Origin: Fibrobacter sp.
GTDB lineage: Bacteria; Fibrobacterota; Fibrobacteria; Fibrobacterales; Fibrobacteraceae
NCBI RefSeq assembly: GCF_017545445.1
Contig: NZ_JAFWOM010000133.1
Coordinates: 54,120 to 118,119 of the forward strand
Length of the DNA: 64,000 nucleotides
Reading direction: 5' to 3'
Shown here: one piece after another, positions 8,841 to 17,878 of the stretch
How the letters are laid out: each line of letters opens with the position of its first letter
How positions within the stretch are numbered: the first letter of the stretch is position 1
Notes under the pieces: generated by a model
What the model saw: the letters and a program-made list of their open reading frames with translations, nothing else
Databases searched by the model: none
Told to the model about the DNA's origin: nothing
Position numbers and translations under genes: made by a program

Positions 8841-9995
8841 ATGAAGACTCGTTTAACTTCAAATCTTTTGTTTGGTCTTGCAGTTGCCTCTGTCCTTGCC
8901 GTTCCGGCTTTTGCCGATGATGCTGAGCCTACGGCGGTTTCGACTAGCTCGCCGGCTGTTGAATCGAAGGGCCCTGAAGTCAAGTTCTCTGGCGAAGTAG
9001 AATTTGACGCCTACACAGGTGATGTCATCAACGAAGATTTTAAGAGTCACAGCTATGCATCAACATTTGATTTGAATGTCGATGTCAAATTTAACGAAAA
9101 GTGGTCTGCATCCGCACAGCTCGAAGCCGATGGCGAAACGACGGATCCGGCTGCTATTTACAATGGAGCTTTTGTACAGTTTGCACCGAATGAAAAGTTT
9201 GCCGTGAAGTTTGGCGACTTGACGTTCTCGGAAGGCGCTTTCCTCAATTATTACGATTATGACGATCCGGCAGACAATGCCGCCGGTATGGCAGAACACG
9301 ATATCCGAGGAGTTGAAGTTGACTTTAATGGCCTTGTTTTTGGGATTGGCTTTGGTCGCGGTGACAACGACAATAAAATCTGCGTTGAAGAAGATGGTGA
9401 AGAAACGTGCGTAGGTGTTGCATACAACCTTCACCTCGCTTACGAACTTGGCTTTGGCGAAAGTACACTCCGTCCTTACTTTGATTACAAGTCTTATCAG
9501 GAGCCGAAGCATAATGAACTTCATGCAGGCCTTGAGGCAAACTTGAAGTTTGGCGGTTTCGGCTTCCACTTCGTTTATGGCTTGCATGCAGACAATCTTA
9601 AAGAAGATCATCCTGATGCAACGCATGCGATTCTTGCGGAACCGTCGCTGGATTTAGGCATGTTTAATGTCAAGGCGACCGTGTTCTTCGCTGCAATTGA
9701 CAAGAAGCATCCGACTGTTCATGACGAAGAAATTCCTGAATATTTCTTTGTCTATGGTGAACCGGGCGTGAAGATTAACGACGCAATTGCTCTTGGCCTC
9801 CCGATTGAATACCATACTCGCAGTACGAACAAGGACGATAAACTTTCGACGTTTGACATTGGCCTCCGTGCTTATGCCACTCCGGTCGAAGGTCTTGAAA
9901 TTACTGGCTTTGCGATGGTTGATGTCCCTGTCGGAGACGATGCTGGTGACGATACCGCTCTCAAATTCGGCCTCGAAACGGTATTTGCTTTCTAA
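8841..9995 (+). CDS. Acidic outer-membrane beta-barrel/porin-like protein
   Basis: Signal peptide (AFA), alternating beta-strand pattern, C-terminal Phe. Confidence 0.75.
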   Translation: MKTRLTSNLLFGLAVASVLAVPAFADDAEPTAVSTSSPAVESKGPEVKFSGEVEFDAYTGDVINEDFKSHSYASTFDLNVDVKFNEKWSASAQLEADGETTDPAAIYNGAFVQFAPNEKFAVKFGDLTFSEGAFLNYYDYDDPADNAAGMAEHDIRGVEVDFNGLVFGIGFGRGDNDNKICVEEDGEETCVGVAYNLHLAYELGFGESTLRPYFDYKSYQEPKHNELHAGLEANLKFGGFGFHFVYGLHADNLKEDHPDATHAILAEPSLDLGMFNVKATVFFAAIDKKHPTVHDEEIPEYFFVYGEPGVKINDAIALGLPIEYHTRSTNKDDKLSTFDIGLRAYATPVEGLEITGFAMVDVPVGDDAGDDTALKFGLETVFAF

Positions 9996-10025
9996 CAAAC
10001 TAATTCTAATTTTTGCCATAGGATG

Positions 10026-10066
10026 AAAATCCCCCGCCTCGATGAATATCGTGGGCGGGATTTTTG
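10026..10066 (+). terminator. Intrinsic terminator
   Basis: cccgcc...ggcggg stem followed by a T-run. Confidence 0.65.
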
Positions 10067-10081
10067 TATAGATGAAAATAA

Positions 10082-10095
10082 TTAGTTTTAGCTAA
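10082..10095 (+). promoter_or_regulatory. DtxR/MntR-type box
   Basis: TTAGTTTTAGCTAA upstream of the flavodoxin operon. Confidence 0.65.
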
Positions 10096-10228
10096 CTTTT
10101 GGATTGCTCTGAGTCTATTTGGAGTAGAATTTTACTTTGTTATTTTCTAAAATAAGTATAAAGATAATTTGCCATAGAACCTCAGCTAGCGTATAGGATT
10201 CGTTACCTCATGTATGCTGGATTAGGTT

Positions 10229-10267
10229 ATCCCGCCCACGGCGGAAGTCGTCGGCGGGATTTTTTTT
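10229..10267 (+). terminator. Terminator/attenuator in the DUF3793 leader
   Basis: atcccgcc...ggcgggat followed by a T-run, 20 nt before the ATG. Confidence 0.65.
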
Positions 10268-10286
10268 GCTTTTGTTTAGGTTGTTC

Positions 10287-10847
10287 ATGATTAAAAATCT
10301 GGATTCTCGTTTAGTTCGCCATTGTGCACCGACGCTTGCGGGGCTTAAGGCGGGTAATCTTTTTTGCCTTGATATTGCTGATGGTGTTGTGCTTTGCAAT
10401 GTGCTTGCCAGGTGGAATCAAATGCTGAATCCCAAGGGCGTTACTGCTCGCGTTGTTGCGGAACGATGTGGACGTTATTTTATCTATGTTTATCGTAATA
10501 GCGCTTTACAGAATTTAGGATGTTCTCGCGAGGTGTGCAATTTTTTGAAAGGTTTTGGCTATAGCTGCTTTGATGCTGAATCGCTGTTGAACTTTTTTCA
10601 GGTGCGCATGACGCGATCGGTGTGCTTTCCGCACGAAGTTGGAATTTTTTTGGGATACCCATTACAAGATGTGAAAGATTTTATAGCGTATGGCGGGAAA
10701 AATTACAAATTGATTGGATGCTGGAAAGTTTATAATGACGTGCCGAATTCGATGCACATTTTCGAGGTTTATAAAAAGTGTCACAAGATATTCAATGAAC
10801 GTTTTGAACAGGGCGATTCTTTGGAAGAATTGACCGTTGCAAGTTGA
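10287..10847 (+). CDS. DUF3793 family protein
   Basis: HCAPTLAGLK, FPHEVGIFLGYP, GCWKVY. Confidence 0.9.
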   Translation: MIKNLDSRLVRHCAPTLAGLKAGNLFCLDIADGVVLCNVLARWNQMLNPKGVTARVVAERCGRYFIYVYRNSALQNLGCSREVCNFLKGFGYSCFDAESLLNFFQVRMTRSVCFPHEVGIFLGYPLQDVKDFIAYGGKNYKLIGCWKVYNDVPNSMHIFEVYKKCHKIFNERFEQGDSLEELTVAS

Positions 10848-10885
10848 CAAATTTGAAAATCATTTCATATTAAAAGGAAAACAAA

Positions 10886-11314
10886 ATGAATAAAATTGCT
10901 GTTATTTTTTGGACGGGTACGGGTAATACCGAAATCATGGCGAATGAAGTGGTCGCTGGTGCTAAGGAATCGGGTGCCGATGTGACGCTTTTCAATACGT
11001 CTGCTTTTAAGGTGGAAAATGCCAATGAGTTTGACAAGTTTGCTTTGGGTTGCCCGGCAATGGGTGCCGAAGAACTTGAAGATAGCGAATTCCAGCCGCT
11101 TTATGATCAACTGAAAACGCAAATTTCGGGCAAAAAGGTTGTTTTGTTCGGTTCTTACGGCTGGGGTGGCGGCGAATGGATGAATCCGTGGAAAGAAGAT
11201 GCTACAAATGCGGGCCTTGTTCTTGCTGATGATCCGCTTGCTATTGAAGGCACTCCGGATGATGCTGGCAAGGAAAAGTGCCGTGAACTCGGCAAGGTTC
11301 TTGCTTTGTCGTAA
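10886..11314 (+). CDS. Short-chain flavodoxin
   Basis: WTGTGNTE, GCPAMG, LFGSYGWG. Confidence 0.95.
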   Translation: MNKIAVIFWTGTGNTEIMANEVVAGAKESGADVTLFNTSAFKVENANEFDKFALGCPAMGAEELEDSEFQPLYDQLKTQISGKKVVLFGSYGWGGGEWMNPWKEDATNAGLVLADDPLAIEGTPDDAGKEKCRELGKVLALS

Positions 11315-11395
11315 TCGATAGCCGTTCTCTTCGCGTCATCCTGGAGCGTAGTTGGTTATTGTCATCCTCGACCGTCAGGGAGGGGATCCACAAAA

Positions 11396-11457
11396 TGTTA
11401 GTGAGTCTAACAAAATTAGAGAGTCTAACATTGTTAGAAATTCACTAACAATGTTAG
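11396..11457. promoter_or_regulatory. Clustered TGTTAG...CTAACA palindromes
   Basis: tgttagtgagtctaaca, ttagagagtctaaca, tgttagaaattcactaaca; variants of the metal box. Confidence 0.5.
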
Positions 11458-11598
11458 CGTCGGTCGCGTGAAACTCAACTGCGACGCGGGGTCGCGTGAG
11501 TTATATATTTAGTTTGTTTATAATTTACAATTGGCGGGGAGAGTATCTAATTTTTAAAAGCGGACAGGTGTTCCGCTGATTTTTCTTTAATAAGGAGA

Positions 11599-11814
11599 AT
11601 GATTATGTCGATGTTCAAAAACGAAAAATTCTGGCTCGTTGTTGCCGGTGCTGTGGGTTCCGCAGTCGCAAAGAAAGTGCTCAAGGCCAAGAAAACTCGC
11701 GAACTCGCCGTTCAAGGACTTGCTCATGGCATGAAATTCACTGCTGACGCCAAGGCCGCATTCCAGGATATGAAGGACGAAGCCAACGATATTTGCAACG
11801 ACGCCAAGGCATAA
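11599..11814 (+). CDS. Small DUF6110/DUF1490-like partner of P1B ATPase
   Basis: RBS aaggag, N-terminal hydrophobic segment plus helical tail, precedes the ATPase. Confidence 0.65.
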   Translation: MIMSMFKNEKFWLVVAGAVGSAVAKKVLKAKKTRELAVQGLAHGMKFTADAKAAFQDMKDEANDICNDAKA

Positions 11815-12203
11815 GCAGGATTGAATTAGACGAAAGAACGGACCTGCGGTCCTACAGACTACAAATGTAAAAGGCGAATGTTGCTGGGCTGCTTGCGGAC
11901 CTATAACTGAGCCAAGCATTTGGAACTTGTTCAAAGACGAGAGAAAGGTATTAAGTAATAGGGGACAGATTGTAGGAAAATAATCGCGGCGGAGCCGCCT
12001 TGCAATAGACGTGAAAAACGCGTGATACTCGTCCTAACTCCTAATTCCTAATCACAATGATTTCGTCATACTGAGTCTAACGGGCGAAGTATTCAGTTAC
12101 ATGTTTCGCTGGACATATCAGTCTTTTTACGGCTAATTTCAATGGACACGCGAAGCGTGTGTAACTAGACCTATCGCCTACAACCTATAACCTAAAACCT
12201 CTT

Positions 12204-14303
12204 ATGAAATTCAGAATCGTTTACGATAAGCCGGGGCGTTTGCGTTTGCGTGCCGGAGCGTTTGCTTTTGATCGTGAGTATGAAGCGCGTGTTCACAAGG
12301 CATGTGTTGGCGTGCCTTGCGTAAAAAGTGCCGTGGTGCATAGCGCCAATGGCGGGCTATTGCTTGAATATGAGCCGCAGAACGGCGATTACGGCGCGAG
12401 TCGTAACCAGATTCTTGAATTTGCAAAATCGCTGAACCCCAAATCGCTGCCGGAATGCGATGGCGAAACGGAATACCAGTTGCAATCTCTTGATGACGGC
12501 TTTAAGGCAAGTCTCATGGGGATGATTGCGCGTCGTTATTTGTTGCGCTGGTTTGTTCCGCTCCCCATCCGCACGGCGATTACAACGATTCGCGGGTTGC
12601 GTTATGTGGCACGCGGAATTTCGACGCTCATGAGTGGAAAACTCACCGTTGATGTGTTGGACGGTGCCGCCATTGGCGCTTCGCTGTTGCAACGCAATTA
12701 CGAATCTGCCGGAACGGTCATGTTCCTTTTGGGCGTGTCGGGCTTGCTGGAAGATTATACCAAGGCTCGCACGCGTACGGCGCTTACAGGGAGCCTTGCC
12801 GTAAAAGTCGATAAAGTCTGGGTCGTGAAAGATGGCGTGGATACGCTGATTGAACTCAAGAATGTCCAGGTCGGCGACTTGGTGCGTGTGCGTTCAGGCA
12901 GCATGATTCCTGTGGACGGACGCGTCATGGAAGGTGAGGCCTTCGTGAACGAATCGACGATGACGGGTGAATCTAAGGCGGTGATGAAAACTCGCGGCAA
13001 GACGGTGTTCGCGGGAACCGTCCTGGAAGAAGGTGCGATTGTCGTGAAGGTCCGCGCGGTCAACGGCAATACGAAAATCCAAAAAATTATTGAGCTGATA
13101 GACCACAGCGAAGACCTGAAGGCGAGTGTGCAGAGCCGTGCCGAACATTTGGCCGATAGCATCGTGCCGTTCAGTTTCCTCGGCTTTGGGCTCACGCTTT
13201 TGTTCACGCAGAACATCTCTCGTGCGGTTTCCATCTTGATGGTGGATTACTCTTGCGCGATAAAGCTCTCGACTCCGATTTCCGTGATTTCTGCGTTGCG
13301 TGAAGCGGCGGATATGGACATGACGGTAAAGGGCGGCAAGTATCTCGAAGAGTTTGCGGTTGCGGATACGATTGTGTTCGACAAGACGGGAACGCTTACG
13401 AAGGCGGAACCGCGTCTTGAAAAGATTATCCCGTTTGGCGGTCGCAGCGAAGATGAAATCTTGAAAATTGCGGCATGCATCGAGGAACACTTCCCGCATA
13501 GCATGGCACGTGCAATTGTGAAGGCTGCGCTTGAACGCGGAATCGCTCACGAAGAAGAACATGCCGATGTCAAGTACATTGTGGCACATGGCATTGCGAC
13601 AGCGCTTGACGAAAAACGTGCGGTTATCGGCAGCAAGCATTTTGTGATTGAAGACGAAAAGGTGAATGTGTCCGAAGATGACCAGCGCATCATCGATAAA
13701 GAAGCGGGGGCTGCGTCTGTGATTTACCTTGGCATCGGTGGTGAACTTGCCGGCGCCTTGTGCATTAGCGACCCGCCTCGCGAAGAAGCTGTGGTTGCCA
13801 TTCGCAGATTGCGTGAAAACGGCATCAAGAATGTGGTGATGATTACGGGCGATTGCAAAAATGCGGCTGAACGCGTAGCGGAACTTTTAGGAATCGATAC
13901 GTTCTTCGCTCAAGTTTTGCCCGAAGATAAGCACCATTATGTGGAACAAATGAAGTCCGAAGGCAAACGCGTAATTATGGTAGGCGATGGCATCAACGAT
14001 GCCCCTGCACTTGCTGCGGCAAACGTCTCTGTCGCCATGAGCGATGCTTCGGACATTGCCCGCGAAACAGCCGATGTGACGCTCCGCCGTGAGAATCTCG
14101 AAGACCTTGTGGAACTGCGTCTCTTGAGCCAAAAGCTTATGGAACGCATCATGATGAATTACCGCTTTATCGTGACGTTCAATACAAGCTTGCTTGTAGG
14201 CGGTTTTCTCGGGCTCCTCTCGCCGACAACGTCTGCCTTCTTGCACAACGTATCGACCATGGGCATTTGCGCAAAAAGCATGACGAAGCTGAAAGTGACG
14301 TAA
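12204..14303 (+). CDS. Heavy-metal P1B-type ATPase (DYSCA type, likely Fe/Mn)
   Basis: TGES, DYSCA, DKTGT, GDGINDAP, LHN. Confidence 0.93.
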   Translation: MKFRIVYDKPGRLRLRAGAFAFDREYEARVHKACVGVPCVKSAVVHSANGGLLLEYEPQNGDYGASRNQILEFAKSLNPKSLPECDGETEYQLQSLDDGFKASLMGMIARRYLLRWFVPLPIRTAITTIRGLRYVARGISTLMSGKLTVDVLDGAAIGASLLQRNYESAGTVMFLLGVSGLLEDYTKARTRTALTGSLAVKVDKVWVVKDGVDTLIELKNVQVGDLVRVRSGSMIPVDGRVMEGEAFVNESTMTGESKAVMKTRGKTVFAGTVLEEGAIVVKVRAVNGNTKIQKIIELIDHSEDLKASVQSRAEHLADSIVPFSFLGFGLTLLFTQNISRAVSILMVDYSCAIKLSTPISVISALREAADMDMTVKGGKYLEEFAVADTIVFDKTGTLTKAEPRLEKIIPFGGRSEDEILKIAACIEEHFPHSMARAIVKAALERGIAHEEEHADVKYIVAHGIATALDEKRAVIGSKHFVIEDEKVNVSEDDQRIIDKEAGAASVIYLGIGGELAGALCISDPPREEAVVAIRRLRENGIKNVVMITGDCKNAAERVAELLGIDTFFAQVLPEDKHHYVEQMKSEGKRVIMVGDGINDAPALAAANVSVAMSDASDIARETADVTLRRENLEDLVELRLLSQKLMERIMMNYRFIVTFNTSLLVGGFLGLLSPTTSAFLHNVSTMGICAKSMTKLKVT

Positions 14304-14409
14304 GAAGATTCCTACATGACATCGGCTATGCTGCACGGGTCGCGGGAATGATAACGCTAAGTTTCGCTCTAGCTAAATGCTGGGGCGATTTTTTTATAAT
14401 TTTCTGACT

Positions 14410-15603
14410 ATGAATAATTTTCGCTCCATCGATGAACTCATTCAGGCTCTTTCTCGCGAGAAGGCTTTGCTAAAAGAAATGTTTGCGAAGCGAAAAACGC
14501 TCTCGTTTCGCATGGATCTGGCGGAGCCACTTGTCGATTACAAAATGTCGCGTATTCAGTATTTGGTGGATTATGGCATCATTCGTGACAACGGAAATTT
14601 TTTGGAACTTGAAGATGTTTATCTCAAGTTCTTCGAAGAGGTTCTTGAAGTCAACGAAGAAATCAATGTCGAAAGCGTCAAGGCGAATATTGACCATCTG
14701 AACGAAACTATCGAATATTACTTGCAAGAAACGAATGAATCGCAAAAGTACAATTACTTGCGCGAAGTGCGTCGAAGCTTGAAAAACATTGCACTCAATA
14801 CAAAGCGTAACGTCATAGACTTGAAGCGTAATGTCGATAACACTTACAAGAACGAACCAAATTACAAAATCAAAAAGGCGAAACTCAAGCATCTCGATGA
14901 AAAACGCGACGGTATCAAGTTGCAGATAATTGAAGCGGAAAAAGTGATAGACAATCAGGCTGCATTTTTTAAAATTGCGATGGATGCGGATTTGCGAATT
15001 GTGGTTGATGATTTGCGGTATGACTTGAACGAGTCTTCGCACAACTTAATAGAAATCGAAAAGCAGATTATCGAATATCTGAACTTGATTGATTACCAAA
15101 GCGAACTATTGAAAAAGATTCGCTTGGTGAAATATTTCCGCGATCAGCAAGTGCTCGAAACGAATACTGATGTTACGAACGTTCTGGCGAGTCGAAACCC
15201 TGTTTGGATGGAACCGAATGTGGGCTACAGAATCAAGGTATCGCTCGATTGGCTGAGAGGAAGCGACGACGGACTCTCTGTATTGCGTGAAGTGCGTGGC
15301 CGAAAGCAGAACTGCAACAACCTTCGAAAAAAATTGGCAGACCCGCTTGACGAAAGTGAAATTGCCGCACAGAATATCGTCATCCCGATGGTCGATCAGA
15401 CCGAGATGAAAAACGGATTCATGGCGACGAGTACGGATTTGTTTTACTATGTCATGAATTACAGTTATCCCTACGAAATTGATTTGGAAGGAAAACTGGT
15501 GCTCTTTTGCCAGCTTGCATCGCAGTTCTCGGACGAATTTGAAATTACGGACAAGTACGAAGAAGCGTATGGGTACGAATATCCGCTGATATATCCGAAG
15601 TGA
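14410..15603 (+). CDS. jetA: Wadjet/Mks kleisin-like subunit (JetA/MksF-like)
   Basis: ~400 aa helical protein upstream of MksE-, SMC- and Toprim-like genes; call rests mainly on synteny. Confidence 0.6.
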   Translation: MNNFRSIDELIQALSREKALLKEMFAKRKTLSFRMDLAEPLVDYKMSRIQYLVDYGIIRDNGNFLELEDVYLKFFEEVLEVNEEINVESVKANIDHLNETIEYYLQETNESQKYNYLREVRRSLKNIALNTKRNVIDLKRNVDNTYKNEPNYKIKKAKLKHLDEKRDGIKLQIIEAEKVIDNQAAFFKIAMDADLRIVVDDLRYDLNESSHNLIEIEKQIIEYLNLIDYQSELLKKIRLVKYFRDQQVLETNTDVTNVLASRNPVWMEPNVGYRIKVSLDWLRGSDDGLSVLREVRGRKQNCNNLRKKLADPLDESEIAAQNIVIPMVDQTEMKNGFMATSTDLFYYVMNYSYPYEIDLEGKLVLFCQLASQFSDEFEITDKYEEAYGYEYPLIYPK

Positions 15604-15925
15604 GTGCAAAATTTGCACCTCAAGTTGGGGCGGCAAAGATACGCTCCCTACACGTTTACCGAGCAAGGCATTTATATGCTTATGTACATTCTCAAGGGCA
15701 ATTTGGCTGTGCGTCAGAGCATCGCTCTAATATGTTTGTTCAAGAAAATGAAGGATTACATTGCCTCGGAAAATCAACAAATGCTTGGAAACACTGGCCT
15801 AGTGGAAAATTCCTTACAGATGGCGCAGAATGCTGTGCGAAAATGCGAAAAATGTGAGTGTGCGGACTTTCAGCGAGGAATTGAACGGCGATGTACCACC
15901 CGATAGTGGAGGAATTGAAGAAAGT
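15601..15925 (+). pseudogene. ORF6N-domain gene relic
   Basis: CKICTSSWGG, PYTFTEQGIYML and AMYHPIVEEL fragments in shifting frames, no start codon. Confidence 0.75.
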
Positions 15926-15964
15926 GTCGGCAGTGGGTAAATTTTAAGAGCAAATTTTGAAAAA

Positions 15965-16053
15965 TGTCATAATATGACATTTGAAGAATGTATATTTGCT
16001 AAGCAGAAGAAAAGACCCGCAATTTCAAGCTTGTTTGCGGGCTGGAGTGAAAA
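15965..16053 (+). promoter_or_regulatory. Operator/promoter/hairpin leader shared with the 37.8-40.2 kb copies
   Basis: TGTCATAATATGACA, gaatgtatatttg, cccgc...gcggg hairpin, tggagt RBS. Confidence 0.75.
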
Positions 16054-17091
16054 ATGAAGAAAAAGACAGGAAAAGAAATAGAGATTCCCCAAAACCAGAG
16101 CAATGGGTACAAGAATCTTGTAACGCAAATAGGTTCATTGCTGATTGAAAGCCGTAAACAGGTGTTTCAAGCAGTGAACTCCACTCTCGTAAATACCTAT
16201 TGGCAAATCGGTCGTCATATTGTAGAATATGAACAAGGCGGCAACGCGAAGGCCCAATATGGGGCAGAACTGTTGGATAACCTCGCTAAGGACTTGACCG
16301 CGCAATTTGGAAAAGGGTTCAGTCGTTCGAACTTGATCTATATGCGTAAACTTTTTACGGCATTTCCAATTCGTGAGACGCTGTCTCACAAATTGAGTTG
16401 GAGTCATTATTTTGAAATTTTAAAAGCTGATTCTGATCTCGAAATAGGTTTTTATACAAGACAATGCGAAAACGAGAACTGGAGCGTCAGGGAACTCAAG
16501 CGTCAGATGAAAAGTCTGCTGTTCCATAGGATTGCCTTGAGCAAGGACAAAAAAGGTGTGCTGGAAATAAGCAAGCAAGGAGTCCAAACGCAAAAGCCTG
16601 AAGATATCGTAAAGGACCCTTATATTCTGGAATTTCTTGGTGTAAACGAAGAACAGAAATACCTTGAAGGAGATATCGAGGAAAAGGTTGTCGCCAACTT
16701 GCAAACATTCTTGTTGGAGTTCGGCAAAGGCTTCGCTTTTATCGGACGGCAGTACAAGATGCAAATTGGCGCCAGGCTGTTCAAAGTAGATTTGGTGTTC
16801 TACAATTACAATCTCAAGTGCTTTGTTCTTATTGATTTAAAACGAGGCGAAATCGAGCATTACGATGTGGGGCAAATGAATATGTACTTGAATTTCTTCA
16901 AAAAAGAGGTTTGCGCCCAGGACGACAATCCGCCTATCGGAATCGTACTCGGAGCCTACAAGGACCAGTTGTTGATGGAATACGCGATGCAGGGCATAGA
17001 AAACAATTTGTTTGTAAGCAAGTACCAACTTTATCTCCCCAAACGCGAGGAATTGCAGGGCGAACTTGAAAAAATTCTTGCGGAGAAATGA
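16054..17091 (+). CDS. YhcG/DUF1016 family PD-(D/E)xK nuclease-domain protein
   Basis: YWQIG, LSWSHY, WSVRELKRQ, KDPYILEFL, DLVFY, IDLK, GQMNMY. Confidence 0.93.
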   Translation: MKKKTGKEIEIPQNQSNGYKNLVTQIGSLLIESRKQVFQAVNSTLVNTYWQIGRHIVEYEQGGNAKAQYGAELLDNLAKDLTAQFGKGFSRSNLIYMRKLFTAFPIRETLSHKLSWSHYFEILKADSDLEIGFYTRQCENENWSVRELKRQMKSLLFHRIALSKDKKGVLEISKQGVQTQKPEDIVKDPYILEFLGVNEEQKYLEGDIEEKVVANLQTFLLEFGKGFAFIGRQYKMQIGARLFKVDLVFYNYNLKCFVLIDLKRGEIEHYDVGQMNMYLNFFKKEVCAQDDNPPIGIVLGAYKDQLLMEYAMQGIENNLFVSKYQLYLPKREELQGELEKILAEK

Positions 17092-17326
17092 CATACGGTT
17101 TTCGTGGCCAACGATGTTTTTCTTTGCAAATCGAATGTCCGGCGATGTACCCTCCGATAGTAGAGGTGCTATGCACAGGATTATCGCATCAAAAAATGAC
17201 GCAATAAATGGATGCGATAAACTCTTAAAAATAACATGAGTTTTTTTACAAGAAATACTTTGCGTATTATTGAATGTTTCGGGTAAAATTACTCTGCGTA
17301 CTGCTGAACTTTTATATTTTTCTTTT

Positions 17327-17878
17327 ATGCTGAAATACTCCAAGGAAATTTTTGACATTTTGAGCAAGGGCTCGTTCATTTCGATGAACAGCGTTTCGCA
17401 GGCGAACCGTGCATATTTCGACCAGATTGAAGATGATTTTGAAAGCTACCGTGAATATTACGAAGGTATCGGCTTTGTGCTGGAGAGTGGTAACGGGTAT
17501 TTTTACTTTTCGCGGCATGAGCAGAGGGTGAATGCGGTTGACAAGCTCTTGCGTTTTTGTGACTGGATTGACCGTCTGGATTTTTTGAAAACTTTCAATT
17601 CTGCGTTCGGCTCAGGATTCGTTTTTACCAAGGCGAAAATTCTGGAACGGATTTCATGCGATATGGAACTGAAGGATAAAGCGGTCAAGCTTTATGCCGA
17701 CAAGAAGGTTTTTGCAGATGTAATCGACAGGTTGACCGATGATTTGATGAAAGCGGGTTTTGTGGAATTGGAAAACGACTTGGAAGGATTGTACAAAGTG
17801 ACATCTGCATTCCATTATCTCGAAGAATTGGTGAATTGTTTGAATATTGTGGAGGGAGCGGAAAATGAGATCCCTTAA
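17327..17878 (+). CDS. jetB: MksE/JetB-like subunit
   Basis: ~180 aa, IGFVLESGNGYFYF, overlaps the SMC gene start. Confidence 0.7.
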   Translation: MLKYSKEIFDILSKGSFISMNSVSQANRAYFDQIEDDFESYREYYEGIGFVLESGNGYFYFSRHEQRVNAVDKLLRFCDWIDRLDFLKTFNSAFGSGFVFTKAKILERISCDMELKDKAVKLYADKKVFADVIDRLTDDLMKAGFVELENDLEGLYKVTSAFHYLEELVNCLNIVEGAENEIP

